In this document: piece by piece, positions 39,273 through 53,122 of the stretch
How positions within the stretch are numbered: position 1 is the first letter of the stretch
How the letters are laid out: the number at the start of each line of letters is the position of its first letter
Origin: Malacoraja senta
Lineage: Eukaryota
DNA: 64,000 bases
Assembly (NCBI GenBank): GCA_038087875.1
Contig: JAXLNO010000275.1
Coordinates: forward strand, 1 to 64,000
Direction of reading: 5' to 3'
Made by a program: the position numbers and the translations under genes
The notes under the pieces: model-generated
Databases searched by the model: none
Told to the model about the DNA's origin: nothing
Seen by the model: only the letters and a program-made list of their open reading frames with translations

Positions 39273-41534
39273 AGTGTAACACTACTCTAACTGATAAAGT
39301 ATACACAGTCTTGGGTTACACCAAGAAATTTGAGCATTCGTTTTGCACTTGTATTGCGGTTATTAACTTATTGGATATTTGTTTATTAAATATCATGTAC
39401 GTGTATAATGTTACAGGCCGACCATGCTGCTACAAGTGAGAATTTCATTGTTCCCTTATCGGTACCAATGACAATTGAACAACCTTGCCTCAGGACTGAC
39501 CACAATGGACCCAACCTCTGTCCATCCCTCCGACTCGCACGTTGAGGTTTCAATCTTGACCAGACATGGCACTTCACGGTTGGTTTAGGACTGTGGGCTG
39601 TTGTTTGATGCGAGGGATCCAAACGTCTAACAGGGACCGACAAGGTACAGGGCGGCACTGCGGCAGAGTTGCAGCCTCACAGCGCCGAGACCCGGGTTCC
39701 GATCCCGACTACGGGGGGGGGGGGGGGGCTGTTTTGTACGGAGTTTGCACGTTCTCCCCGTGACCGCGTGGGTTTTCTCCGAGATCCTCGGCTTCCTCCC
39801 ACACTCCAAAGACGTGCAGGTTTGTAGGTTAATTGGCTTGGTGTAGGTGTAAATTGTCCCAGTGTGTGTAGGATAGTGTTAATGTGCGGGGATCGCTGGG
39901 TCAGCGCCGACTCGTTGGGCCGAAGGGCCTGTTACCGACCTGTATCACTAAAGTAAGCTGAACATGGTCTTCCGCACATCAGCAGGGGACCTTCCTTCCA
40001 TGACTACCAAACACCTCAGGGATCTCTATTTGTCCTATATTGTATGCATTCACGAGAGTGTTCGATAGAGCTCTTAGGGCTAACGGAATCAAGGGATATG
40101 GGAAGAAAGCAGGTACAGGATACTGATTCTGGATGATCAGCCATGATCATATTGAATGGTGGTGCTGGCTCGAAGGGCCGAATGGCCTACTGCACCTATT
40201 GTCTATGTTTCTACATGTGAACCACAATGAACCAGGAGACCAAAAGATATTGGAGCAGAATTAAGCCATTCAACCCACCGAATCTGCTCCGCCATATAAT
40301 CCCGACTGATCTATCTTTCCCTCTCAACCCCATTCTCCCTGTAACCTTTGAGGCCCTTCCTAATCAAGACCCTATCGATCCCCACTTTAAAAATACCCAG
40401 CGACTTGGGCTCCACCTCCATATGTGGCAATGAATTCCACAGATTCAAACGCCCTCTGATGAAAGAAATCCTTCTGCATCTCCTTTCTAAAGGTACGTCC
40501 TCTTATTCTGAGGTTGCCCCCTCTGGTTCTGGACTCCCCCGTCACCCGGAAATATCCTTTCCACGTCCACGCTATTCAGGGCTTTCATTATCCAGTAGGT
40601 ATTAAATGAGATTCAACTCTTCTAAACTCCAGCGAGTACAGGAGTAACGCTCCACATACTTTAATCCAATCATCCCCCCGGATCAGTCTTGTAAAATGAA
40701 TCCTGACCCTTAATCTTCATCAACAATGCGTGGCACGGTGGCGCAGGGGTAGAGCTGCTGCCTCACAGCGCCAGAGACCTGGGTTAGATCCGGTCTACGG
40801 GTGCAGTCTGTACCGAGTTCCTACGTTCTCCCTGGGACCATATGGGTTTTCTCCGGGTGCTCGGGTTTCCTCCCACACCGCAGAGACGTAGGTTCATTGG
40901 TTTGGCGAGCTGCAGATTGTCCCTAGCGTGTGGAGGATAGTGCTAGTGTACGGGGATCGTGGATTCGATGGGCCGAAGGGCCTGTTTCCACTCTGAACGT
41001 CTGAAGTCTAAATAGACTACATGAGACCCAGACATAAAGAATGTTCCCCCATCCAAGGGACTCTGTTGAACCAAAGTCACAGTCCTTACCCGAGCATTGC
41101 TGCACACATAACATGACATCCATCATATAATTCTGCATCTCAAATTGTTAATTTTGGAACAAAATTTAATTTGCATCTTCGTTAATCATACTAACTGCTT
41201 CCATCAACTCCTCCGGGACTCTTCTCTATTAACTCACTGGTCTCTTACTGAAATATTGTCTCTCCAGATTAGCCTGTGGTTTCCCCCCCCCCCCCCCACA
41301 TGGAGATCAGCTGCTTTTGGATAAAATTGCATGTGGTGCAGCGGTAGAGTTGCTGCCTCACAGCGCCAGAGACCCAAGTTCGATCCTAACCATGGTTGAT
41401 GTCTGTACGGAGTTTGTACGTTCTTTCCCGTGACCCGCGTGAGTTTCCTCCAGGTGCTCCCGGTTTTTCCCCCCCGCATCCCAAAACACGTGCACATTTG
41501 TGGGTTAATTTGGCTTCTGGAAATTGTTCTGGAA

Positions 41535-41976
41535 ACTGGATAGGCTCGGCTTGTGCTCGCTGGAATTTAGAAGATTGAGGGGGGATCTTATAGAAACGTA
41601 CAAAATTCTTAAAGGGTTGGACAGGCTAGATGCAGGAAGATTGTTCCCGATGTTGGGGAAGTCCAGAAACAAGGGGTCACACAGTTTTAAGGATAAGGGG
41701 GAAATCTTTTGGGACCGAGATGAGAAAAACATTTTTCACACAGAGAGTGGTGAATCTCTGGAACTCTCTGCCACAGAAGGTAGTTGAGGCCAGTTCATTG
41801 GCTATATTTAAGAGGGAGTTAGATGTGGCCCTTGTGGCTAAAGGGATCAGGGGGTATGGAGAGAAAGCAGGATGGGATACTGAGTTGGATGATCAGCCAT
41901 GATCATATTGAATGGCGGTGCAGGCTCGAAGGCCCGACTGGCCTACTCCTGCACCTATTTTCTATGTTTCTATGTT
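41535..41976 (+). mobile_element. CR1 LINE 3' fragment, very similar to the 29906 copy
   Basis: DRLGLCSLEFRRLRGDLIETYKILKG...VVNLWNSLPQ with frameshifts and the same tail. Confidence 0.88.
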
Positions 41977-42802
41977 CCTAGCGTGTGTGTGTAGGATGGA
42001 TTCAGTGTACGGATGGTCGCTGGTCTGCCCGGTACTCGATGGGCCGAAGAGCCTGTTTCCACGCTGCATCTCTAAACTAAACTGCGATGGATATTCAAGC
42101 AATCCAGAATATGCATGAGATGCAGCACAGAACGCCACAGGAGATCCTTATTCCCTACAGCCATCAAACTGTACAACTCCTCCCCCGTCTGTTATGGGGT
42201 AGACTGGCTCCCCTTCCCCCTCACCTCCCCTCCCCAATCTTGCCACATCCCCAATCCTGGACTTTCCACTCGTCACTTTAATTCCATGTTCCGTGTATCT
42301 TGTGGTGTGTTATGACTGTTGGCAGACCAATTTCCCTCTTGGGATAAATAAAGTTCTGTCCAATCGTATCGGATTTGGGGTGGGAACTGGAAAATGGTTT
42401 GGAGGCAAGATGACAGCCATGAACAATTTTGCAGGCAGCATAAGGAACTGCAGATGCTGGAACCTGCCGTAAAACACAAAGTGCTGGAGGAACTCAGCAG
42501 GTCAGGCAGCATCGGTGGGGGTGAATGTATTGGCAGTGATTTCAGATCAAGATCCAGTCTGAAGAAGGGTCTCGGCCTGAATGATCATCATCTGTTCATT
42601 CCCCTGCACGGATGCTGCCTGACCCGCTGAGTTCCTCCAGCATTTTGGTTTCTTGAGCAGCACCAACCCTTAAACTGGCCACCTCTATTTCTCACGCCAC
42701 GGTCTGAAATGCATCTCTCAACCCTAGACGCCAGCCTGATCAAATCTCACCCTTCCACTCAACCTACGATGACAGAATGGATCGACTGGGCTTATATTCA
42801 CC

Positions 42803-43002
42803 NNNNNNNNNNNNNNNNNNNNNNNNNNNNNNNNNNNNNNNNNNNNNNNNNNNNNNNNNNNNNNNNNNNNNNNNNNNNNNNNNNNNNNNNNNNNNNNNNN
42901 NNNNNNNNNNNNNNNNNNNNNNNNNNNNNNNNNNNNNNNNNNNNNNNNNNNNNNNNNNNNNNNNNNNNNNNNNNNNNNNNNNNNNNNNNNNNNNNNNNNN
43001 NN
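42803..43002. other. Assembly gap (200 N)
   Basis: A run of exactly 200 N. The round size suggests an unsized scaffolding join. Confidence 0.99.
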
Positions 43003-43757
43003 CGGGTTATTGATTGGGGACGATCAGCATGACCACAATGAATGGCGGTGCTGGCTCGAAGGCCGAATGGCCTCCTCCTGCACCTATTTTCTATGTTTCT
43101 ATATCGGTTCAATTTTTTTCAATGTTCCCCATATTCTGCCACTCACCAACACTCTTGGGGTGGGATACAGTGTCCAATGAACCAACCGAACAGCACATCT
43201 TTGGGGAGCAGGGAGGAAAGCTCAGGGCCTGATGTTGGGATCGAACCCAGGTCTCAGGCACCGCAAGCCGGTGGCTCCACTAGTCTCTTTGAGATTTTAG
43301 ACGGCTCCCAATTTCCCTCCTGTCGGAATTTTGGTTTGAAGAAAGAGCACTTCCTTGTGGAGAGGAGGGATGGGGGGGGGGGGGGGGGGGGGTTAGGCCA
43401 ACAAGTAAATAAACCTTGCACAGAACATTGGATCATAAATAATTGTCTTTATTTTGTTCATTATTTCCTTCAAGAACAACCCGGAAAAAAAAAGAGAATG
43501 TTTTTGCTTGGAGGTAATATTTAGTAACACAGCTATGAAACAGGGGGGGGGGGGGGGTGGTGAATGTTACAGGAGACCCACAGGGTTGTGTGAGGGGGGA
43601 GAGAGATGCAAATGGAGTCCCGCAGGGTGTGATTTGAGATGCGATGTTACACAAGTGGAACCTTCTGGAGTATGCGGCTCGCGGATGATGAACGATAATG
43701 TGCCACTTTCATTTCTCTGAGCGCCCGCCTTTATTGCTCAGGAAGCAACCGCGAGGC

Positions 43758-43790
<33 letters not shown>

Positions 43791-46700
43791 TGACATCTTC
43801 CACGTTGGGTGGAAAAAACCAATGCATGATTGGGGAATGATGCCTGTCCGTGACAAGTGCCCTGGGACTGAATGGTGCGTCCTGATCACCATGGCCTGAT
43901 CACCGCGCACTTTTCTTCGTGTTTAAAAGACTACGCTGCTTCCCCCGCTCGGACATTTTCCAGTAGATGGGGATCTGGAGGTCAGAAACCTTCTTCTAAT
44001 TGGTGGGCGGCGGAGAAACAGGCCCTTCGGCCCGCCACGTCCGTGCCGGCCGTTGTGTTTCGCTAAACTAGCCCGGTTTACCCACAGCCTTCCCTCCCTT
44101 GGATAAGAGCTTCACCACCCTAGCTTCACCCGTGGTATGAAGCGCCACTCCTTGCCCTGGAAGGCTGCGGTGTATCAGCCAATGCCAAGTTGCACCAACA
44201 GGATGAAGGACAACTTGCTTGGGAGACCTTCAAGGTGCGGGTGGGGACTCGACAGACCAGCTGGTGAATGTACCCCCCATGGACAGACCCGAAGACAACT
44301 CCTAGAATGTCCTGCCGAGATCCTTAAATCCTAACCGATTCACCGTGACAGTATCTCAGGATTGTTTAAGAACCACAACAATGGACTTGTGTCTCATGGA
44401 CCATCAACCATAACATCCCAATCCTGGCTCTGACATTGCATTGAGGAAGCAGGCAGCAAGTCACAGTGACAAATGTGAGGAGGTGGGAGGAGGGGGTGGG
44501 GGGGGAGAGAGGCAGAGCTGCCACTGCAGCCTGGGAACTAGGCCCATCCCATGTCTCACCGCGCACACAGTTTAAGGCTGGTTCATGAGGTAGATCAAAT
44601 GTTTGGGCCTTGTACGCACCCGCCCACCTTTCCCTGTACACCTGGTGACTCGGCTGGCTTGTGTGGAGGAGGTTGCAAGGGTTCCCTGTCACGGTTTATC
44701 CCGAACAACTCCGCAACGGAGGACTCTCTGATCTGTTCCCGGGGGACGCATTCAGAGACGGACGTCAAGTACTGCCGGAAGGGCCGTCAAGTCGGTGAAA
44801 GATGCTCTTCGGCCTTCCCGAGCGTTGTTGACCTCTCAGCGGAGCGAGATGTCCGTCGGGGAATGTTGCCGATTGGCCCGCTGCAGACTGTGGGAGTACG
44901 TGCTGAGGGGCGCACTGGAGCACGGTGGGGGGGGACCAGAGTTTAGGGTCCCTCCGCTGCTGGACATGGGGGGCAGGGTGTGGTGGAGACGCCCTCAAAC
45001 AAGGGAAGGGATATCACTCCAAGGGTGGCGGGTATAATTATGCATTCTGGGGAACACTACCAAATATAACACTAACAGTGGATACATAGCCGTGGAGAAT
45101 ATTCAAGGAGTTTTTGCCCAATTCTTGTTTTCTACCTACTTTTAAAATCTGAATAAAGTTGATTTTTGATTTTTTTTTCTTCCAAAATGGCCGGTGTGGC
45201 TTCACAACCCAGCTCTGGGAAGGTTACAGCTCCAATTGCTGGCCTGGGCTTAATGCTAAAAAAGGGAGTCAGTTTTCACTTTGGGGCAGGCAGTTGTGTT
45301 GGACAAATGACCTTGGCAGCCCTGGCTGGATTGGACTACCGAATGGCTATCTTGCCATCTCCAAGATCTGGTTGGCCGAGATCTGCCGTTTCTCCAGAGA
45401 GTGTCAACTCCAGATGCTTCACCAGGCTGTGAGTCGGTAAGCCTATATGGGCGCGGGGAGGGGGGGGGGCAAATGACAAAGTCCACCGTCATCCTTGTAC
45501 CTACACGCACCATGTACCCAGTAGGAGACCCTGCAGGTGATCTGGTCAGTGTAGTGAGATCCCTCACACATTGAAGCCCATAATAGCCCACTCATGGTGG
45601 CCATGATGTTGCAGGTCAGGACTAACCTATGACCTTGCTAACCTGTGACTTTTCTGGTCAATATAGTTCCACCGTGACGCATGACCTTTCGCCTGTGTAC
45701 TTCAACACTGACCCATGACCTTTCTGTCTAGTATTTAAACTCTGACCTATGACCTTTCTGCCCTTCGGCCCAACTTGCCCACACCAACCATCTACACTAG
45801 TCCCACCTGCCTGCATTTGGCTCATATCTCTCCAAACCTGTCCTATCCATGTACCTGTCTGTTTCTTAATTGTTGGGATTGTCCCAGCCTCAACTACCTC
45901 CTCTGGCAGATCGTTCATAAACCCACCACCCTTTGTGTGAAAAAGTTACCTCTCAAAGATTCCTATTAAATCGTTTCCCCATTCACCTTCAACCTTTGTC
46001 CTTGAATCTCCTACTCTGGGCAAGAGAACTGTGCGTCAACTCGATCTATTCCTCTCATGATTTTATACACCTCTGTAGTTTCACCCCTCATCCTCCTGCG
46101 CTCCAAGGAATAAGAGTCCCAGCCTACTCAACCAGTACAGCAAAATTGGCCATTCCTTTCCGTCTCTTGCTGAGATAGTACGGAGGTCTATCAGCAAGAG
46201 GCAATTTCCAGGTGTCCAACCTGAGATTGGGTTGAGGCTGTGGGGAGAGTGAAGATATTTAATGCTCAAGAATACACAGAATTGTATTTGGATTCTAGGA
46301 AAACATGAGGCTGATTGTGAAAGGTCTCCTTTGCAACTGAAATCAGGTCTATAACCAAAGGCCCCAAATGGTTTACTTAACGAAGCGCCAATTTTTGGCC
46401 TATCCCAGAGCCACTTCCTGTCGACCAAGCCCATTACAGGGAGAGAATTTTGAGGAGTTTTTGTTCAAAAGGGTGAAGGTTCAGTCATGCGTGTGGTTGG
46501 GCAGTCTTTCGACGCGAGATACAGCGCAGAAACGGGCCACTGAGTCCGCGCCGACTGCCAATCACACCGCACACTGACACTATCCTACACTCTAGGGTCA
46601 ATTTACAAAGTCAACGAAAGCTGGGAGAAAGGACGTTCCTTTAGGAAGCAGATTAGGAAGAATTTCTTTAGTCAGAGGGCGGTGAATCTGTGGAACTCAT

Positions 46701-48514
46701 CGCCACAGACCACTGCGGAGGCCGTCTATGGATATTTTTAAGGCAGAAATAGATAGATTCCTGATTAGTTTCTGGGATTATGGGGAGAAGGAGAATGTTG
46801 TTGAGAGGGGAGATAGATTGCAGAGCAGAGTTGTTGGCCGAAAGGCCTAATTCTGCCCCTATCTCTTATGAACAACGAAATTGGGTATAGTCTTGATTTC
46901 CCTGGGACCGTGGTGTAAAGGGAGTCATCAAATATACCTCGCAAGTTGCGAATTGGATATTAGTGAAGCAGATAGATTTTTAAAAATTACAATAGGGTAG
47001 TTTTGTGGAGGTTATTACTAAATCGAACAATTCTGTGTGAAAACAAAATGGCTGCCTATCCCTGATGGAACCTGGGCCTCAGATCACATAGAAGACAGTC
47101 TTAGAATAAAGGGGAGGCCATTTAGACTGAGGTGAGAAAAAACTTTTTCACCCAGAGAGTTGTGAATCTGTGGAATTCCCTGCAACAGAGAGCAGTGGAG
47201 GCCAAGTCACTGATGGATTTAAGAGAGAGTTAGATAGAGCTCTAGGGGCTAGTGGGAGGCCAAGTCACTGGATGGATTTAAGAGAGAGGTTAGATCGAGC
47301 TCTAGGGGCTAGTGGAGTCAAGGATATGGGGAGAAGGCAGGCACGGGTTATTGATTGGACGATCAGCCATGATCGCAATGAATGGTGGGTGCTGGCTCGA
47401 AGGGCCGAATGGCCTCCTCCTGCACTTATTTTCTATGTAATAGCGGTGCCGGCTCGAAGGGCCAAATGGCCTACTCCTGCACCTATTGTCTATTGTCTGA
47501 TGTCTAGTCCTTCCTGCAGTAGCTGGATGTTGGGACATCCTAGCTACTCCCCAACTGCGGTGACCCTCACTGCACCCCTCTCCCACCCATCTCCCTCTCT
47601 CCAGTTCCACCACCCCATGCCCAATACAAGTTTGGCGCCCCAACTCAGGACAGGTGAATGAACCAGTTGAAAGGAACAGAAGTGCGAGGGGGGGGGGGGG
47701 TGAATGGGGTGGGTGGGAAAAGGTAGGGGGTGGGGGGAGTGGAAAAACTGTGCAGTTTGTAAGTAAAAATGCGTCGTTAGATGGACTGAGTTTAGTGATA
47801 TGCGAGAAGAATGCGACAGGACACGACAGAAATGCAATGACCGACCCACATTTATATGTTGAATGAGCAAATATGCAAAGGTAACAGGCAAGGCCGACTT
47901 CACAAGATATACATGACTGAGAATCAAACAGACACAATCTATAGAAACATCAATGATAAATAACTATCACCAGGTCAAGTAAAACAAAATCTTTATCAAG
48001 ATTGAAAGAGCGTTATCAGTAACAGCTTCCAGTATTCCCTTTATTTATTTTTCTTTAGTCTTCTTCCTCCAAAAATCTGCTCTTTGCTGTCGGAAATAAA
48101 TATCTTTTTTTTCTCTCCTCGTTAAATGCAGCAACAGTCCAATGCAAAAACAGAAGGAGGAGAAGGAGAGAGAACACATGGCCTGTGGCCACCCCACCCA
48201 CCCCCCAACTAGGCGTCTTGTTTCGCCCGGTTAGAAGGTTATTTACAGGGGATTCATGGGGAGTTGGCAAGACTGGGGAGGTCAAGGAAAGTGGGCGCGT
48301 AACGCAAGCATCAAGAGAAGTCCCCCCAAAATAGAAATTCCATTCTTGAATCGAAAGAAAGGTGTAAATTGCACATATTTTTTTCTCTCATTGTCGTTCG
48401 TGGAAGTGAGGGTGTACCCAACTAGGATTAACTCCAAACTCAAAATGGCGGTGTTTACTGGATAGAGTTCATGAGGGGGTTGAGGTCAGAGTGCAGGGAC
48501 CAAGCCCTCTGCTC

Positions 48515-48845
48515 GTGGATGGATGGTGAGAGGAAAGAGAGAGAGACAGAGAGAGAGGGAGGGAGGGAGAGAGGGTGGATGGTGAGAGGAAAGAGAGAGA
48601 CAGAGAGAGAGGGAGGGAGGGAGGGAGAGAGGGTGGATGGTGAGAGGAAAGAGAGAGACAGAGAGAGAGGGAGGGAGGGAGGGAGGGTGGATGGTGAGAG
48701 GAAAGAGAGAGACAGAGAGGGAGGGAGGGAGGGTGGATGGTGAGAGGATAGAGAGAGACAGAGAGAGAGGGAGGGAGGGAGGGAGGGTGGATGGTGAGAG
48801 GAAAGAGAGAGACGGAGAGAGGGAGGGAGGGAGGGGGGGAGAGAC
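48515..48845. repeat. Purine-rich minisatellite of six ~46-60 bp units, each with a GTGGATGGTGA core
   Basis: Cores at ~48515, 48575, 48633, 48687, 48733 and 48787. Confidence 0.9.
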
Positions 48846-49756
48846 TTGGAGATAGATTCTTGGAATGGTAACTATGGAGTATGTTAAGGAAGATTCAAGT
48901 GTACAGATGGGACTCAATGAGGCTGTGGAGATGACAATGAGTTGCCCAACAGGTCTGGGCCCTAGTTGAGTATAACTTCAGTCCTTACAAACCAATATGT
49001 GACAATGTAAATGGGAGATTGATGCAAGAACACAAAGTCTAGTCATTCAACAGAGGAAGCCAACAGTGACTTCCAATTTGGCACTCTTAAGCACAAGGTT
49101 CAGAAAGCGAAGGGGGGGGGGGGCGTTGAAAAAAATTGTCCCCCTCCTCCCATTTTTTCCAAAGCAAATTCTCATTGATGAACCACTTAGAGCTTAATGG
49201 TTCCCAGTTGGAACTTAATCTTTCCCTACCTCCCGACACCAGAGTCTGAGCAGATTCACAGGGGGTGGGGAATGCTGGAGGGGGGAGGGGAGGTAGGGGG
49301 GGGTTAGGGGGGGAGGGGGCTGCTAGCGGTGGGAGGGGTATTTTAGGGGTTGGAGTGGAGAAGCAGTCAGTAACGGAATGTGTGTCATTTGCCTCCCCCC
49401 CACCCCCCGCACGCCAACATCACATGAAGTTCTGAGCCCCCCCCCCGAATAATGGTCCCATTACCGTGCCAACAGTCGGCCATTTTCGATTCAACCACAG
49501 CAACACCAAGGCTCCTATTGATTGAGTAGCAATCCAGGGAGAAAGTGGGAAGGAGAGGGGGGACGGGGGACACTCACACACCATGCAAAACACCTGGCCT
49601 CCTGGAGGGGGATATCTTTACTTCAGCAACATCCCAAATGCAGGCTCCAGCCACAGCAGAGGCAGGCCATCTCTCAGTCTGGCCCCTTTCACATCCTCTG
49701 GCCTTTGCACGTCTTCACATGGGCTCATCTATAGTGATGTCAAAGCCTCAGAATTA

Positions 49757-50168
49757 ACATAGAAACATAGAAAACAGGCGCAGGAGTCGGCCATTCGGCC
49801 CTTCGAACCAGCACCGCCATTCAATACGATCATGGCTGATCATCCAGAATCAGTATCCCGTTCCCGCTTTCTCCCCATATCCCTTGATTCCGTTAGCCCT
49901 AAGGGCTATATCCAACTCTCTCTTGAAAACATCCAGTGAATTGGCCTCCACTGCCTTCTGTGGCAGAGAATTCCACAGATTCACAACTTTCTGGGTGAAA
50001 ACATTTTCCTCATCTCAGTCCTAAATGGCCTACCCCTTATTCTTAAACTGTGACCCCCTGGTTCTGGACTCCCCCAACATTGGGAACATTTTTCCTGCAT
50101 CTAGCCTGTCCAATCCCTTAAGAATTGTATATGTTTCTATACGATCCCCTCTCATTCATCTAAATTCC
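49757..50168 (-). mobile_element. CR1 LINE 3' fragment
   Basis: An aacatagaaacataga tail and the reverse complement of the ORF2 end. Confidence 0.85.
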
Positions 50169-50905
50169 AATTAAAGTGCGCTCTTTTAGAAAGGAGGTGA
50201 GGAGGAACTTCTTCAGAGGGTGGTGAATCTGTGGAACTCATTGCCACAGAGGACTGTGGAGGCCAAGTCAGTGGATATTTTTAAGGCAGAGATAGACAAA
50301 TTCTTGATTGGAACGGATGTTAAGAGTTATGGGGAGAAGGCAGGGGAATGGGATTAGGAGGCAGAGATCAAGCATGACTGAATGGCGGAGTCGACCCAAT
50401 GGGCCGAATGGCCTAATTCTACTATCTCTTGTGAACTTATTCAATATTTGGCACATCCTTCTAAATGGCTGTCCCAGCACAAGAGGTTGGGCTGGGACAA
50501 GGTTATGTCTAAACAGAAGGTATCATGAACTTGGTCGGGCCAAGATGATGGCACATGTCCCTGCTCAACTGCACACCAATAACGCCCTGGGTGAGGTCCA
50601 CATACTTGCAGCTCTCCTCCTGACAAAACGGGGTGTGGGGAGGGAGAGATATTTGGCACTAATTGGCAGCGGAAGGCGGGAGGAGGTAGGGAGACTAGCG
50701 ATGCTCCAACAGTGGCATCCCTTACTCGAGGGTCCCGACCCGAAACGCCCCCACCTATCCATGTTCTCCAGAGATGCTGCCTGGCCCACTGAGCTCCTCC
50801 AGCACTCTGCGTCTATCTTTGAGGTACGCGGTTTGTTTGACAGCGCAAGGATGATTAAATACTCAATGTAACTTCAACTTAACTCCAAACCAGAGTAGTT
50901 ATGTG

Positions 50906-51300
50906 TTTAAGAAGGAACTGCAGATGCTGGAAAATCGAAGGTGGACAAAAATGCTGGAGAAACTCAGCGGGTGGAGGCAGCATCTATGGAGCGAAGGAAA
51001 TAGGCAAAGTTTCGGGACGAAACCCTTCCGGGTTTCGGCCCGAAACTTTGCCTATTTCCTTCAGGGTTTCGGCCCGAAACGTTGCCTATTTCCTTCGCTC
51101 CATAGATGCTGCTGCACCCGCTGAGTTTCTCCAGCATTTTTGTCTACCTAGGGAGAATTCAATGTTCAAGCCCCCAGGATGCAGACTCCCCAAGCGGAAT
51201 ATGAGGTGCTGTTCCTCCAATTTCCGGTGTTGCCCGCTCTGGCCATGGAGGAGACCCAGGACAGAGAGGTCGGATACGGAATGGGAGGGGAGTTGAAGTG
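50906..51300 (-). mobile_element. Penelope-like insertion (ORF end plus fold-back terminus) with a 15-bp target-site duplication
   Basis: SVSDLSVLGLLHGQSGQHRKLEEQHLIFRLGSLHPGGLNIEFS on the minus strand, flanked by CAGAGTAGTTATGTG at 50891-50905 and 51301-51315. Confidence 0.82.
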
Positions 51301-52137
51301 CAGAGTAGTTATGTGCTGTGGATAAACTGACCACGCAAAGTGCTGGATATTTTCTTCAATTGGCACATGCACTTTCTTCCGTTAGAAAAAAATAGTTCAT
51401 TTTTTAAATGTTCTGTTAGATCTGCATTAATACAAGCAGCTAGAGCATTCTGGTTTCAAGAAGAAGCCAGAATGGTCTGGTCTGTAGACCCGAAATGTCG
51501 CCAACTCCTTCTCTCCAGAGATGCTGCCTCACCCGCTGAGTTACTCCAGCATTTTGTGTCTACCTTCGATTTAAACCGGCATCTGCAGTTCTTTCTTAAA
51601 CATTCTGGTCTCGAACTGTGCCTGGCCTGTGCACGCTCACAGCGGGAGGTCAGAGGTTAGGTGGCAAGGGTCAAGGGCGGGTAATTTGTGTTTAAGAGCG
51701 TAAATGGCAAAGATGAAAAGATTGGGCTTTAAGCCAATATAGAATATTAGCTGGTACACAAAAATGCTGGAGAAACTCAGCGGGTGCAGCAGCATCTATG
51801 GAGCGAAGGAAATAGGTAACGTTTCGGGCCAAAACCCTTCTTCAGAATATTAGCTGTGCGGGAAGGAACTGCAGATGCTGGTTTACACCGAAGATAGATA
51901 AAAAATGCTGGAGTAACTCAGTGGGACGGGCAGATTCTCTGGAGAGAAGGAATGGGTGATGTTTCGGGTCGAGACCCTTCTTCAGACTTCAAGCAGTCTG
52001 AAGAAGGGTCTCGAACGGAAATGTCACCCATTCCTTTGCTCCAGAGATGCTGCCTGTCCCGCTGGGATACTCCGGCATTTTGTGCCTATCTTCGAAGATC
52101 ATGGAATATTAGCTGAGTAGTAAATAATCAGAGACTG

Positions 52138-52340
52138 AGGAGAAGAGAGAGAGAGAGAAAGGGAGAGGGAGAGGGAGAGGGAGAGGGAGAGGGAGAGGGA
52201 GAGGGAGAGGGAGAGGGAGAGGGAGAGGGAGAGGGAGAGGGAGAGGGAGAGGGAGAGGGAGAGGGAGAGGGAGAGGGAGAGCGAGAGGGAGAGGGGAGAG
52301 GGAGAGGGAGAGGGAGAGGGAGAGGGAGAGGGAGAGAGAG
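52138..52340. repeat. (GGGAGA)n homopurine tract
   Basis: Seen directly. Confidence 0.95.
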
Positions 52341-52420
52341 ACCGAGAAGGTGGTTTGGGGAAAGATTATATGTGTAGGAACGTGGGGGTCAGAGTGCATC
52401 TGCATTGAGTGAGATTGTAC

Positions 52421-52497
<77 letters not shown>

Positions 52498-52514
52498 GTG
52501 TGTGTGTGTGTGTC

Positions 52515-52564
<50 letters not shown>

Positions 52565-52591
52565 TGTGTGTGTGTCCGTGTGTGTGTGTGT

Positions 52592-52651
<60 letters not shown>

Positions 52652-52653
52652 GC

Positions 52654-52701
<48 letters not shown>

Positions 52702-52762
52702 GCCGTGTGTGTGTGTGTATAGTGTGTGTGTGTGTCAGTGTGTGTGTGTGTGTGTGTGTGTC

Positions 52763-52795
<33 letters not shown>

Positions 52796-52814
52796 ATGTG
52801 TGTGTGTGTGTGTC

Positions 52815-52847
<33 letters not shown>

Positions 52848-52875
52848 ATGTGTGTGTGTGTGTGTGTGTGTGTGT

Positions 52876-52918
<43 letters not shown>

Positions 52919-52968
52919 TGTGTGTGTGCGTGTGTGTGTATGTGTGTGTGCGTGTGTGTGTGTGTATC

Positions 52969-53034
<66 letters not shown>

Positions 53035-53062
53035 TGTGTGTGTGCGCGTGTGTGTGTATGTG

Positions 53063-53122
<60 letters not shown>

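Noticed and set aside
44100..45600. Unique-sequence ORFs (e.g. 44551-44946, 45166-45432) as exons of another gene or NOVA2 exon 1
   Set aside because: I recognise no domain, no SRKRPLE-like motif and no convincing splice pattern.
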